Assembly (NCBI RefSeq): GCF_018350175.1
Contig: NC_058368.1
Location: 41,790,001 to 41,854,000, forward strand
DNA from: Felis catus
Lineage: Eukaryota
Direction of reading: 5' to 3'
Length of the DNA: 64,000 nucleotides
Shown one piece after another: positions 14,070-25,246 of this stretch; positions within the stretch are counted from its first letter, which is position 1; each line of letters opens with the position of its first letter. The position numbers and the translations under genes are program-made. A model generated the notes under the pieces. That model saw only the letters and a list, made by a program, of their open reading frames with translations. It did no database searches and was not told the DNA's origin.

Positions 14070-14097
14070 AATAAATAAACATCAAAAAAATAAAAAA
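13861..14097 (+). mobile_element. Can-SINE
   Basis: GGGGCGCCTGGGTGGCTCAG head; TSD TAAAACAG(A/T)GTT on both sides. Confidence 0.95.
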
Positions 14098-15229
14098 TAA
14101 AACAGTGTTGTTTGCCTTTGGAATTGGTAACTTTAAAGTCTGCAGAGCACAAAGTGAAGCAGAGATGGGTCAGTGGGTTAAACATATTTTCCTTGGCAGT
14201 CTACACTACTGGGTTTGAACTGAATACTTTCATATCTTATGGAGAGAAAACTGGCCAATACTATTTCAGGGTAAGCTGTGTAAAAAGTGCTATGAAGGTC
14301 ACATCTCTGTTTCTGAATTGCCCCACCACGGCAGAGCTAGAAGAAGCCTCTCTAACTCTACAAGCAAATTATTGCTCTCCTTTTCAAATGAGGAGAGTAG
14401 CAGGAAAATATGGGCATTGCTTCTTTCCTAAAATAGGACTTTTAAAAATCCACTTGAAGAGGACTTAATTGATTTGTTCATTGCATAAACAACATTTATT
14501 ACACTGATAGTTCTTTCAATCTTGGATGTTTTTTAGATGCAAATTAAAACACTTCTCTATACTTTCACTTTTGTTGTTTTCTGTATATTTCATCTGACTT
14601 GTTGCATGACCTTGAGCTGAGATTTTGGACAGTTTGGGCTCAATTGTTCCAAATGTAAATTTCCTTCTAGTCTTAAAATGATATAATTCTTATTTGTTGA
14701 TGTTTAAAATCCTGTATCTAAATTCTTTTCCTTTTAAAAAATTTCTGCACACTGATAATAGAAAAGCCAAAATGTAGATGGCACTTCATGTCAGCAAATA
14801 GCCACATGCCCATTCAGACAAGACAAGTAATGATTTATGTTATAAGAATAGGGGGAGAAAAGAAGACTTGTAAACACAACCATGGGCACAGAACCACTGC
14901 TAACTCCTTTTATGCAAAGAGCTGAGTTGGCACACTGTCTCTAAAGCTCTGCAGGGAGAAAAGCTGTCAGTGGAAGAGGGAGCTGATGTCTGGCTGGGGA
15001 ACAGAAACTCAGCAACATTGAAAATAGTGCAAAGTATGGACACATTGACAGGCAAAAGAGATTCATGCCATTGGGAAGGCCAGCAGGAATCCAATGTAGC
15101 TTTTAGCAATGACCAGTCATTAACACATAATTAATGCTGAATAAATATTTATTAAATAGTGAATGGCTTTAAAGGCATATCATGCATAAATTGCATGACT
15201 AAATAAATGAAACAAGTATACCTGAAATG

Positions 15230-15660
15230 TTGTAGAATCACAAAACTGTGGGTAGGTGTAATGGAGAAGGTTCCAGGTTAACTGAAGGTAAGATGTGTTT
15301 CCAGAGGTGACTCTTGAGTTATCTTTTCAATGAAGAATACACTGTAAGTTATTGAAGCAGCACTGAGGTTCCTTTATCCCTGTGTCTACTGGGTAGTTAG
15401 GAAATATTAATGGAATAAGAAAGAGAGAAGGTGGGGCAAGAAACAAATCTATAGAATTTGTTAGGCATAACTGGTACAATGCTAAGGCATTTGTTACTAT
15501 ACTGTGGCTGACAGGAGAAATAAATGGGTTTTCATCTGGTAGAAGGGTGGAAGGTGACTCAGTGAGCTGGAATGAGGCGAAAGGGAGTCTAGTTAGAAAA
15601 CTCCTGTGATTATCCAGATAGGATGAGGAAGATCTGAAAACCAATGGCAGTGGAGGACTC
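15230..15660 (-). mobile_element. Probable ancient L2 fragment
   Basis: GGAGTCTAGTTAGAAAACTCCTGTGATTATCCAGATAGGATGAGGAAGATCTGAAAACCAATGGCAGTGGAG resembles antisense L2; boundaries approximate. Confidence 0.45.
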
Positions 15661-17819
15661 TTCTAGATTTTCATGGGTGATCAGCCTCAACGATAAACTG
15701 TAAAGTTTACCTTCTACAACACTGCAGTGAAACAGATCTTTTTTGGTAAAATATAAAGGAAGTTACCTTACTATAAGAAATACCAGCACCCAGATTTCCT
15801 TCCATTTAAATGTATACCTTCTACTGTTTACAGAAAGAAGTTAGTGTTTGTTTGTATGGTGCTTACTTATAGATCTACCGATTTACTTGGGGATGGGAAG
15901 AAGATTGGGACTAATAAATATTTTCATGTTTTGTGGTCTTTTCCTTAATGGCCAGCCATAATCAGTTACACAAAAACCTACAACAACATAATCATTTGCC
16001 CACAGCAGAACCAAATAGGCTTATTAATATGTGGCCTAGATATATTTGCATTCACATCTTTGCAAACTTGGAAAAAAAGTGAGAATTTTCAAACTTCCGT
16101 CTCATTTGTAATACATTAAGAAGCCATCATCTTTACAATGCCAACTGCCCTATTTCTAATTTGATGTTTGATTTTAATACAAAATGTTCTAATTAATACA
16201 GAAGTTTGAGAAATGGACCAGAAAAAGAGGTGTAATAGATTATGTTTCTTTAATGAACACGGTCTACTTTTTAAATGAATACAAGGGACAATTTCATATA
16301 GTAGAGGACACAACACAGTTAATTTTAAATAAATGTAGCTGTCAGATAACCAGAATATGAAAGGATACTATTCTACACTGGATAAAATATACTGAATAAA
16401 GTTGAATTATTGTAATGTATGCCAATGATCAGAGCATGGGCATATATATTTAAGTAATTCTGATGGTCTCTTGATAAGAGGGGAATTCCAAAAATGGCAG
16501 AGCTCAAGGGAATATCCTTGCCAAACAATGTTGGTCATGTAAAATGTTCTTTTTGTGCATTTGTTTGTTTGTATATCTTTGAATCTTAAAAAAGAGAAAC
16601 ATGATATTACCCTTCATATATGAGAAAAACTTCAAATGTTAATGCAACATTCAACAAAACTCGAAATTTTAGTGTTAGAGCTTAAAGGATGGGGAAAAGT
16701 AAAAGATACTTCATCAGTACACGATTGATGGCTATTTTTGTGCACTAATGGTTTATTCAAGAATCTGAGGTACCCCTACTGAATGACACCACTAAAAAAT
16801 AAATATCTATAGGAAGTTTGAAATACATAGGACTGAACTTATACAGTACCCAGAGAACATACTTATATAATGAGAAAAATATTCTGTATCAGAAAAATAC
16901 TCTCCTTCTTAAACCAAAAGGTCATTAGGCACTTGGAAATTATGGGGTAAAATATGAGGTAAAAATTTATACACTAAAAAAATGCCCTTATGTTGTCTCT
17001 TCCATGGTGTATTTACATAAACTCTAAAGTCTCATTACACTATCAGCTATTTAACTATCAAACATTTCAAAATTTCCTACCAAGTGAAAATCATTCTTCT
17101 AGCATAGCCTGACCCATGCATAGATTATGGAATGAACATAAAAAATAACTACAATTTATTTTGTCAAAGAAGATTTAAATCTATTGAGGAAGCCATATAT
17201 AAATATCCGGAGAAAGTATGAGTAGGAGGGCTGAGTTTGTGTATAATATGCATCTAACATGTTTTAGTGTTTAGTAATGTTTAGTAATAATGGAGAGGAG
17301 GGGATAAGGACAGAAATATTAAGTATCAGAATTACCCTGAGAACTTGGGTAAAGCACTTTTGGTCTCTCATGGAATATCACAATATCAGAGGAGCCATCC
17401 AGGGGATATGGGTGATAATTCTGATCATCATAGAACTCCTCTCAACTCCTCCTTCACAGATCACCATTTTACAAAAATGAAAGTTCTTCAAAGGCAAGAA
17501 CTTTGTCTTATGCACATTTTTATTCCAAGAGCCTAACACCTCCCAAAGGCATAGTTGCTTCTTTAGGATATGTGATGAACTGGCCTGATGGAATATGTGA
17601 TGAGCCCATGCTGAAGACCTGAGTTAAGGCTAACTCTACACAGACTGTTAATTACCATTCACTGTGACTCTAACAATGACCCCAAATGTCACAATTACTC
17701 TCAGCACCGGTCATTACAACCTATAATGTTTGCTTCCTATCCATGATCAGAAATGAACGAATGAACGAGTGAATGAACAAATGAACAAAGAAACGAGCAA
17801 AGGTCTGTGGGTCTGGAGG

Positions 17820-18005
17820 CAGCTCTGTTGCAGTGGAAAGGACACTAGATTTGGAGTAAAAGAATCTCAGTTCAACTCTTGGCCTTGTCACATACTAAAT
17901 TCATAGATATGGACAGTGGCATCTTTATTCATATAACTGCTGTAAGCAATAAATAAAATAATGTGTATAAAAAAATTCTTCATGGGGCTTGGCACATATT
18001 AGCTT
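17820..18005 (+). mobile_element. MIR fragment
   Basis: GCAGTGGAAAGGACACTAGATTTGGAG head-like and AAATAATGTGTATAAA...CTTGGCACATA tail-like motifs. Confidence 0.6.
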
Positions 18006-18032
18006 TCAGCTGAGTAGATGATTGTAGATTCT

Positions 18033-18258
18033 TTTTTTTTAATGTTTATTTATTTTTGAGAGAAAGAGAGAGACAGAGACAGAGACAGAGCAAGAGTGGG
18101 GGAGGGGCAGAGAGAGAGAGGGAGACACAGAAGCCAAAGCAGCCTCCAGGCTCTGAGCTGTCAGCACAGAGCTTGATGTGGGGCTTGATCTCTTGAACCA
18201 CGAGATCATGACCTGAGCCGAAGTCCGATACTTAACCAACTGAGTCACCCGGTGCCCC
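18033..18258 (-). mobile_element. Can-SINE
   Basis: TSD ATGATTGTAGAT(T/C)CT on both sides. Confidence 0.95.
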
Positions 18259-18817
18259 AATGATTGTAGATCCTGAATTTGGAAGGCATCAAAGGGACAT
18301 AAGTGATATAGGCCAAGCATGAGAAAAATAAATGAGAAAGAAATATTAATACAATGGAATCGGAAAAAGGAGATGGGTGAGTCATGGAGAATATATTTTA
18401 GTATAATTCTATGAGAAGCATTAACATTTCTGCTTAAGAAAATGTTACTGATAGCAGGGAGGCACGTAAATACAGATCTTCTATTTGCCTGATAATAAAA
18501 TCAAAATCATTTACTGGATCAATGACTTCAGCATATCAGCCAAATATATGCCCACACCTCTTGAATCATAAACATTCTTTGAATTTAGGAAATGTGTTGA
18601 CTCTAAGAAGATATCACAGGTCGATATCATGTAATCAATGATTGAAATGTATTAAAGGAGTATTCAGTCCTGTTTCTAACTACAGTAATGGTAAAGCATA
18701 AATGGATTGCAATTAATTTTTTAAAAATATCTTTGTGAAATTGTGTTCTACATGCTTCTTTGATATCACTGACTGGCTAAACAGTTCTGTACTAATTACT
18801 GAACTAATTTTCCTTTT

Positions 18818-19025
18818 TTTTTTAAAGTTTTTTAATTTATGAGAGAGACAGAGCATGATTGGGGGAGAAGCAGAGAAAGAGGGAGAGGGGGAGAATCTGA
18901 AACAGGCTCCCTGCAGTCAATGCAAAGAGCCTGATCTGGGGCTCAAACCCACGAAACTGCAAGATTATGACCTGAGCCAGAATCAAGAGTCAGATGTTTA
19001 ACCCACTGAGTCACCCAGGCATCCC
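18818..19025 (-). mobile_element. Can-SINE (left member of a tandem pair)
   Basis: Flanked by TAATTTTCCTTTT at 18805-18817 and 19026-19038. Confidence 0.93.
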
Positions 19026-19040
19026 TAATTTTCCTTTTCT

Positions 19041-19249
19041 GCTTTTTAATTAAATTCATTTATTTATTTTGGGATAGAGAATGAGGACATAGGAGGGGCA
19101 GAGAGAGAAGGAGAAAGAGAAAATCCCAAGCAGGCTCTGCACTGCCAGCACAGAGCCTGATGTGGGGCTCGAACTCACGAACCGTGATATCATGACCTGA
19201 GTTGAAATCAAGAGTTGAACACTTAACCCACCGATCCACTCAGGTGCCC
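19041..19249 (-). mobile_element. Can-SINE (right member of a tandem pair)
   Basis: Flanked by TAATTTTCCTTTTCT (19026-19040) and TAATTTTCATCTTCT (19250-19264). Confidence 0.93.
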
Positions 19250-19529
19250 TAATTTTCATCTTCTAAGCATGTTCTTTTATTCTCCATGTAAGAGGAAGGT
19301 AATGACACCAAGCTTCTCAATATGAATGCCTGATAATAAAATTTATTGGTGTGAAGTGACTATTATTGCTTACAGTAAACTTTAAAATTATTATTGCCTT
19401 TGTGAAATAATCAGGTTTTTTTAGAAAAGAAAAATTAGATCTACTTAAATTATAGAATTAAAAATAGCAACATATATGTAATTCAATCAATCCTAGTTAT
19501 TCAAAATTAGAAAATACTCTTAGCTTCAT

Positions 19530-19620
19530 GTTATGAAACAGAACACTGAGATTCCAAAAGGTTACATGATTTGTCCAACATCATATAGTACATGATAGGC
19601 AGAGTTAGAACTGGAAGAAA
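19530..19620 (-). mobile_element. MIR core fragment
   Basis: GAACACTGAGATTCCAAAAGGTTACATGATTTGTCCAACATCATATAG...GGCAGAGTTAGAACTGGAA resembles the antisense MIR core. Confidence 0.6.
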
Positions 19621-20419
19621 TGAGGCCACCACATACCACATCTCATGCTTTAAACCAAAGTCAGGAATGAGGATGATAGCAATAAGCAAGTAACTTCTGA
19701 AGTGCTCAGTAGAAAGTACAGGATGTTTTTGGTTGATATTTCTTGAATTATTATAACTGCATTCATTAAATGTACTTGGAAATTCTACTGTTGGAATGAT
19801 TATGACTTCATTTTATAAATAATAGATTCTTGGGTTTAGGTTTATACGAGTGAAGAGTGCAAAAGACCTTGGAGGCTTAAAGGTATTTTAATTTATTTAG
19901 GACTTGATTTGTCTATTTAAAAAAATCTATATCTGCCTTAGATTTTCCTTTCCCTTGTGTTGACTCTTACAAATATGGAAAATTGAGATATCCTCATTAA
20001 AGGTGAAAGAAAAAAGACAGAAAAAGTTTATAGGTCACATTTAAGGGAATTTTAAATCGAATTCTGGAGTCACATAAAAATTTAAATATATAAGAAAATA
20101 GCATTTTAGTACCTGCTATGAAAGTTTAAAAACTATGACCAATGCATTATCTCTGTCAATCACCAGACTAATCACCAGGCTAATATTGACTGAAATCTTG
20201 GAGAGTAGTTTTTATTACAAGTGAAAAGTGTGATTTTCATCCACTAAACACAACAAACTTACAAAAAAAAAAGAAAGAAAAAAACATATAACAATAGTAT
20301 GCACCTGGACAAAATAATTTTTAATTGCATGCTGTGAGATTTGTTGATTATGTTGCAAGGGATAAGGCAGTGTTCATCTCACCACTCATTAAGACAGTAG
20401 CTTTTTACTGAGTGGGAAA

Positions 20420-20630
20420 AACTTGGAGTTAGGCACACCTGTAACTGAATCCTGGTACTACCACATGCAAATAGGGGACCCTGGACAAGTTATTAGGCTA
20501 TTCAGAGTCTCACTTTTTTCATTATAAATTTTGGGAATCATCATTCCTATCCTGTAGAGCTACCGAAGAGTGTAAATGAACATGCACTTGAAGGTTCCTA
20601 GACTAGAGCCTGACATCACACATGTTCAAT
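20420..20630 (+). mobile_element. MIR
   Basis: TTGGAGTTAGGCACACCTG...GAATCCTGGTACTACCAC...CCCTGGACAAGTTATT...CAGAGTCTCACTTTTTTCATTATAAA core pattern. Confidence 0.7.
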
Positions 20631-21474
20631 TATTTTTCCCTCCTGAATAACCAGCCTGGGTCTCTGCCTATGGTCTTCACTGACCTGAGCTGGGCATATC
20701 CATCAGCTCACACAAGGTAAGACTATGCATTTTCTGTGCTAGAAAGAAACTTCTGAAAGGCGTGTACTACACCTGGGGTAAGGCCGGCATCTTTCTCTCT
20801 CGACAGCAGCTTATTTTTGACGTTCAAGTGGTTTATGCAGGAGCAAAGATTTCCTGCCTTTTCTTCTGGTAGTGCTTAAATTAGAAAGCTGGGAAATTAG
20901 ATGTGGTGATGTTACCGATACTTCTTTGGAATTAGGATGGGAAGGTTAGAGTAAGGAAACACGAGAACATATTTGATTATCATACACAAATATTTTTCAT
21001 TTTTTAGTTAAATGAAAAAAGTGAGCATGAGATCCTAGGTTACCATTTATTGTCTTACATTTTTTTTGACATTCCAGTTCAATTCAGATAAAAAAGCTGG
21101 GTTCATCAAGCAAAATTATTCCCAGTGCGGTCCACAACATCACCGGTAATCCTGTAACAGCTCAGGGGTTTCCACACTCACTCACACTCTGTAATCACTT
21201 TAGGTCAGTGCATCCTGACCCACTGTCATAGGTCATCTAAACAAAAATCGGATTTAGGGAAAGTATTATTTTATATTCATGTTTTAGCATAAAGCCTGTC
21301 CACTTTATTTGTAACAATCAGCTACAAATACATGTCTCTCAAGGTATAGCTTTGCTTATCAATACCAGGATGAAACTTCTTGATACATACTATGAGTACG
21401 AGTCCTAAGCAAGGAGGCACTGTTCGTCAAAGAGTAAAAAATGTATTTAAAAAAAATCTTTACAAGTACTTCTT

Positions 21475-21701
21475 TTTTTTTAAACTTTTTAAAAAAATGT
21501 TTTTATTTATTTTTGAGAGAGAGAGAGACAGAGAACTAGTGAGGGATGGGCACAGAGAGAGGGAGACACAGAATCTGAAGCAGGTTCCAGGGCCTGAGTT
21601 GTCAGCACACAGCCCAACGTGGGGCTAGAACTCACAAATTGTGAGATCCTGACCTGAGCTGAAGTCGGGCACTTAACCGATTGAGCCACCCAGGTGCCCC
21701 C
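21475..21701 (-). mobile_element. Can-SINE
   Basis: TSD TTACAAGTACTTCTT at 21460-21474 and 21702-21716. Confidence 0.96.
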
Positions 21702-22122
21702 TTACAAGTACTTCTTAATCAAAGGCAATGCATGAATAATAGATCATATATACACAATAAATTACTAAGGGCAAAAATGTATGATCATCACTTATCCATA
21801 GTTAGTAGTTGCTCTCCAATTATGTCTTTCCTTATTGAAAAGAGTCTTACTATATCCAGATAAGTTTATAAAGTTGCACTTACAGTAATGAATAGCAAGA
21901 GTGACAGAAGCAGCACAGTCACTGTTGCTGGGTTTCCACCTTCCCTGGAAACAAACTCATGGAATATCTATCCTCCAGGCAAACTGCAGTGGGCTAATCA
22001 GATTGGATTATAAGGTTGCTGCAGGATTTGGCAATTAATTGACTGAATCTCAAGTAAATTTGTGTGGAAAAAGCAGTCTTAATAATCATTATATAGCATA
22101 TTCCATAAAAACAAGGTGTCTG

Positions 22123-22360
22123 TCCAGAGGTGCCTAGGTGGCACAGTCGGTTAAGCGTCCAACTTCAGCCAGGTCACGATCTCGCGGTCCGTGAGTTCGA
22201 GCCCCGCGTCAGGCTCTGGGCTGATGGCTCAGAGCCTGGAGCCTGTTTCCGATTGTGTCTCCCTCTCTCTCTGCCCCTCCCCCATTCATGCTCTGTCTCT
22301 CTCTGTCCCAAAAATAAATAAACGTTGAAAAAAAAATTAAAAAAAAAAAAAAAAAAAAAA
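22123..22360 (+). mobile_element. Can-SINE, young subfamily, long poly(A)
   Basis: TSD AAAAACAAGGTGTCTG; shares diagnostic variants with the 3580-3801 copy; pure A tail longer than 20 nt. Confidence 0.96.
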
Positions 22361-22463
22361 CAAGGTGTCTGATTTCAACCGTTCAACTTGAAAGCACAGT
22401 TTTGGAGAAAAAACAAAAGTGCATTAGTGGGTCCCAAGCCTCTTTTCTCAGTGATTTCAATTC

Positions 22464-22700
22464 TTTTTTGCTTAAAAATTTTTTTAATGTTTACTTATTT
22501 TTGAGAGAGAGTGTGTGTGAGCACGAGCATGGGATGGGCAGAGAGAGAGGGAGACGCAGACTCTGAAGCAGGCTCTATGCTCCGAGCCATCAGCACAGAG
22601 CCATCAGCACAGAGCCCGACACAGGGCTCAAACCCATGAACTGTGATCATGACTTGAGCTGAAGTCAGATGCTTAACCAACTGAGCCACCCAGATGCCCC
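22464..22700 (-). mobile_element. Can-SINE with an internal 14-bp tandem duplication
   Basis: GAGCCATCAGCACA present twice (22584-22611). Confidence 0.94.
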
Positions 22701-23480
22701 CAATTCCTTTGTGTTCTAGAGGTTAAGAAGACCTCACTAGGAACTGACAATGTAATCTAACAGATGGCAATAAGGAATTCCAGTCTCCTTGGAGGACTAA
22801 CAGAGGAAAAAAAAAAAAAGACATGCCTTCCTCACTCCACTTTAAATGTGCACAAGTACTTCATTGAGCTAGCGCAATGCTATGACTATGTCAACATGCA
22901 TCCTACTGGTTTAATCTTAGCACTGCGTGTATGTTGAAACATACCCATGCAAAGATGAGGAGAAATGTATAGCAACTGCCTTCAAACAAGTACAATTTGT
23001 AGTATGAAAAGTTGGCCTTCCTTATTGAAATCAGTTCAGATTGTTCATGCCGCCTAATGCCTTAGATAGTATCTTTCCATTTGCCTTTCCACATGACTTT
23101 CTTCACCTGGCTAATTCTTCCCATGTCTTCTAGATTCGGATCACTTATCCACCCTTCCAGTGTGCCTCCCCCAGCTACTGAGACAGGGCTTCCTGACCCT
23201 CTTGGTTTCTGAGCATCCTGTGCACGTCCTTGTTTTTATCACGTATCAGTTGTGGCAAAAGCTGTCAGTTTCCCATTCAACAGGACTGACCCCCTCCATT
23301 CCTAATAGAACTAGTATGTTTTTCAGAATGTCAGTGTGCCCGGCCTAGAAAGTGACTGAGAAGTATAAACTAGCTATTCGAATCTGAGTTTCCACATGAT
23401 GCTGACTTTCCAAGATTTGCTTGCACTAAGGGATGGCTATATGACACTCCAGGACAGTAACACATTAGGAGAAGTCTCTT

Positions 23481-23715
23481 GAAGGTGCCTGGGTGACTCA
23501 TTCAGTTAAGTGTCCCGCTCTTGGTTTTGGCCCAGGTCATGATCTCATGGTTCATGGGATCGAGCTCCATGTCGGGCTCTGCATTGACAGAAAGGAGACT
23601 GCTTGGGATTCTCTTGTCCTCACTCTCTGCCCCTCCCCCCACTTGCGCTCTCTCTTTCTCTCTGTCTCTCTCTCTCTCTCTCTGTCTCTCTCAAAATAAA
23701 CATTAAAAAATAAAC
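23481..23715 (+). mobile_element. Can-SINE, older
   Basis: GGTGCCTGGGTGACTCA head, CT tract, AAAATAAACATT tail. Confidence 0.93.
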
Positions 23716-23889
23716 AGGTCTCTTGGAGGGCTTCTGAGAAGCTCTATCCTTGTTTTAAAAAATTAATAAATAAGTCATCTCTTGCTCAGGGACTGCTTTC
23801 TGCCTTAGAAGACAGAATTAATATGTGCAATTTCAATTCAGTGCAGACATATTGAAACCAATGAAAGGGAAAAAAAAGGTGACACAGTA

Positions 23890-24060
23890 GAAGAATAGAA
23901 AACACTCAGCCCTTGATGACATCATTAAAATACCATTAAACCAATTCTGAAACTGAGTAGAACCAGAGGTCTTATTAAGTAAACAAGAAATGTCTTTATG
24001 GTTCAAAGAAACCTGATTTATTTGAATATGTTTCTTTAATAAGAGAAACACTGAATCTAA
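23890..24060 (+). mobile_element. Probable MaLR (MLT1-like) LTR fragment
   Basis: CCCTTGATGACATCATT...AAATGTCTTTATGGTTCAAAG resembles the MLT1 LTR 3' half. Confidence 0.4.
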
Positions 24061-24929
24061 AAACTTACATAAAAACTTATTCATTAACATACCCAATATC
24101 TATGTTATTATTATTATATTATTAGTGGCCACATAAAGTAAATGCCAATATGGTTTAAAGATTTATATCCATCCTCCTAATTTAAGGCTTTGAAACTATA
24201 ATGATCACAATCTGATTGTTGATTGACCTGGTTCTTTGATTTATTAAATCATCTTAATGGATGCAGCAGGGATGTCAGTATTAATTTTGTTATAAATTCA
24301 AATTCTTATTAATGCTGACATGCCATTTAAATGTGTAATATGTTAAATTTACCTCTGCTGAAAACCTCTGTTTCTCAGCATTTTAAACTGAAATAATGTT
24401 GACTCTTAGTCATGTAAAACATACTCAACATAGTAGTAAACAACGAAAAATAAAAGCTATTTATCCCATGGATACAATAATGACAGAGATATTAAGCAAA
24501 AGCTAATCTACATTATGCCATTATGTGTTTTAAATCATCTTTCCAAATGCCAGTTATTTATTTTTATCAAAAGGTGATGGCAGTTGACTAAAATCATATC
24601 ACTACTAACACTCCTTAATGAAATAAATACGAATGTCTCTTTCTTTAAATACCGGTTAACAAATAAAGCCCACTGTCCTCAGGCTAAAAGGTTTTTAGAG
24701 ATACAGAAAGTGTACTAAGAATGAAGAAAAATGCTGGAGAACTACTGGTAAGTCTTAAGAGAAACTATCATAGAAAAGGCTGGTAAAACCACTTCAGCTT
24801 CAGGTGTACAACTACAATTTCACCAAGTATGAGAAATAAGCAAAATACACTTGCAACTTTACACACATTATATATATTTTATAGTTATCATTGTGACTTG
24901 GTACATCACTACCCCCGACTGGACTGGAG

Positions 24930-25246
24930 CAACAGTTCTCAAATATTTGGTCTCGGGAGCTCTGTAAGCTCTTAAAAGGTACTGAGGACTCTAAGAAGCT
25001 TTTGTTAATGTGAGGCATTTCTGTCAACATTTACCATATTAGAAATTAAACAGAAAAATTTAAAACACAGGAATACCAAGCACACACCCTATTAGTGATC
25101 AGAGCAATAAAGCCATCACACGTGATGTCTTTGGCCACCTCTTCTACCTGTGAGAGAATGATGGTGGTGTCTTAGTATTATTGACAAAACAGTCGTGATC
25201 TTTCGGAAACCTGGGAGTCCCCAGCCCTTACTTTTGATAACCACTG
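24930..25246 (-). mobile_element. Non-autonomous hAT-Charlie DNA transposon (Charlie1/Chap1-like)
   Basis: Imperfect TIRs CAACAGTTCTCAAA (24930-24943) and TTTGATAACCACTG (25233-25246); internal AGCTTTTGTT...ATTTACCATATTAGAAATTAAA typical of the Charlie1 family end. Confidence 0.75.
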
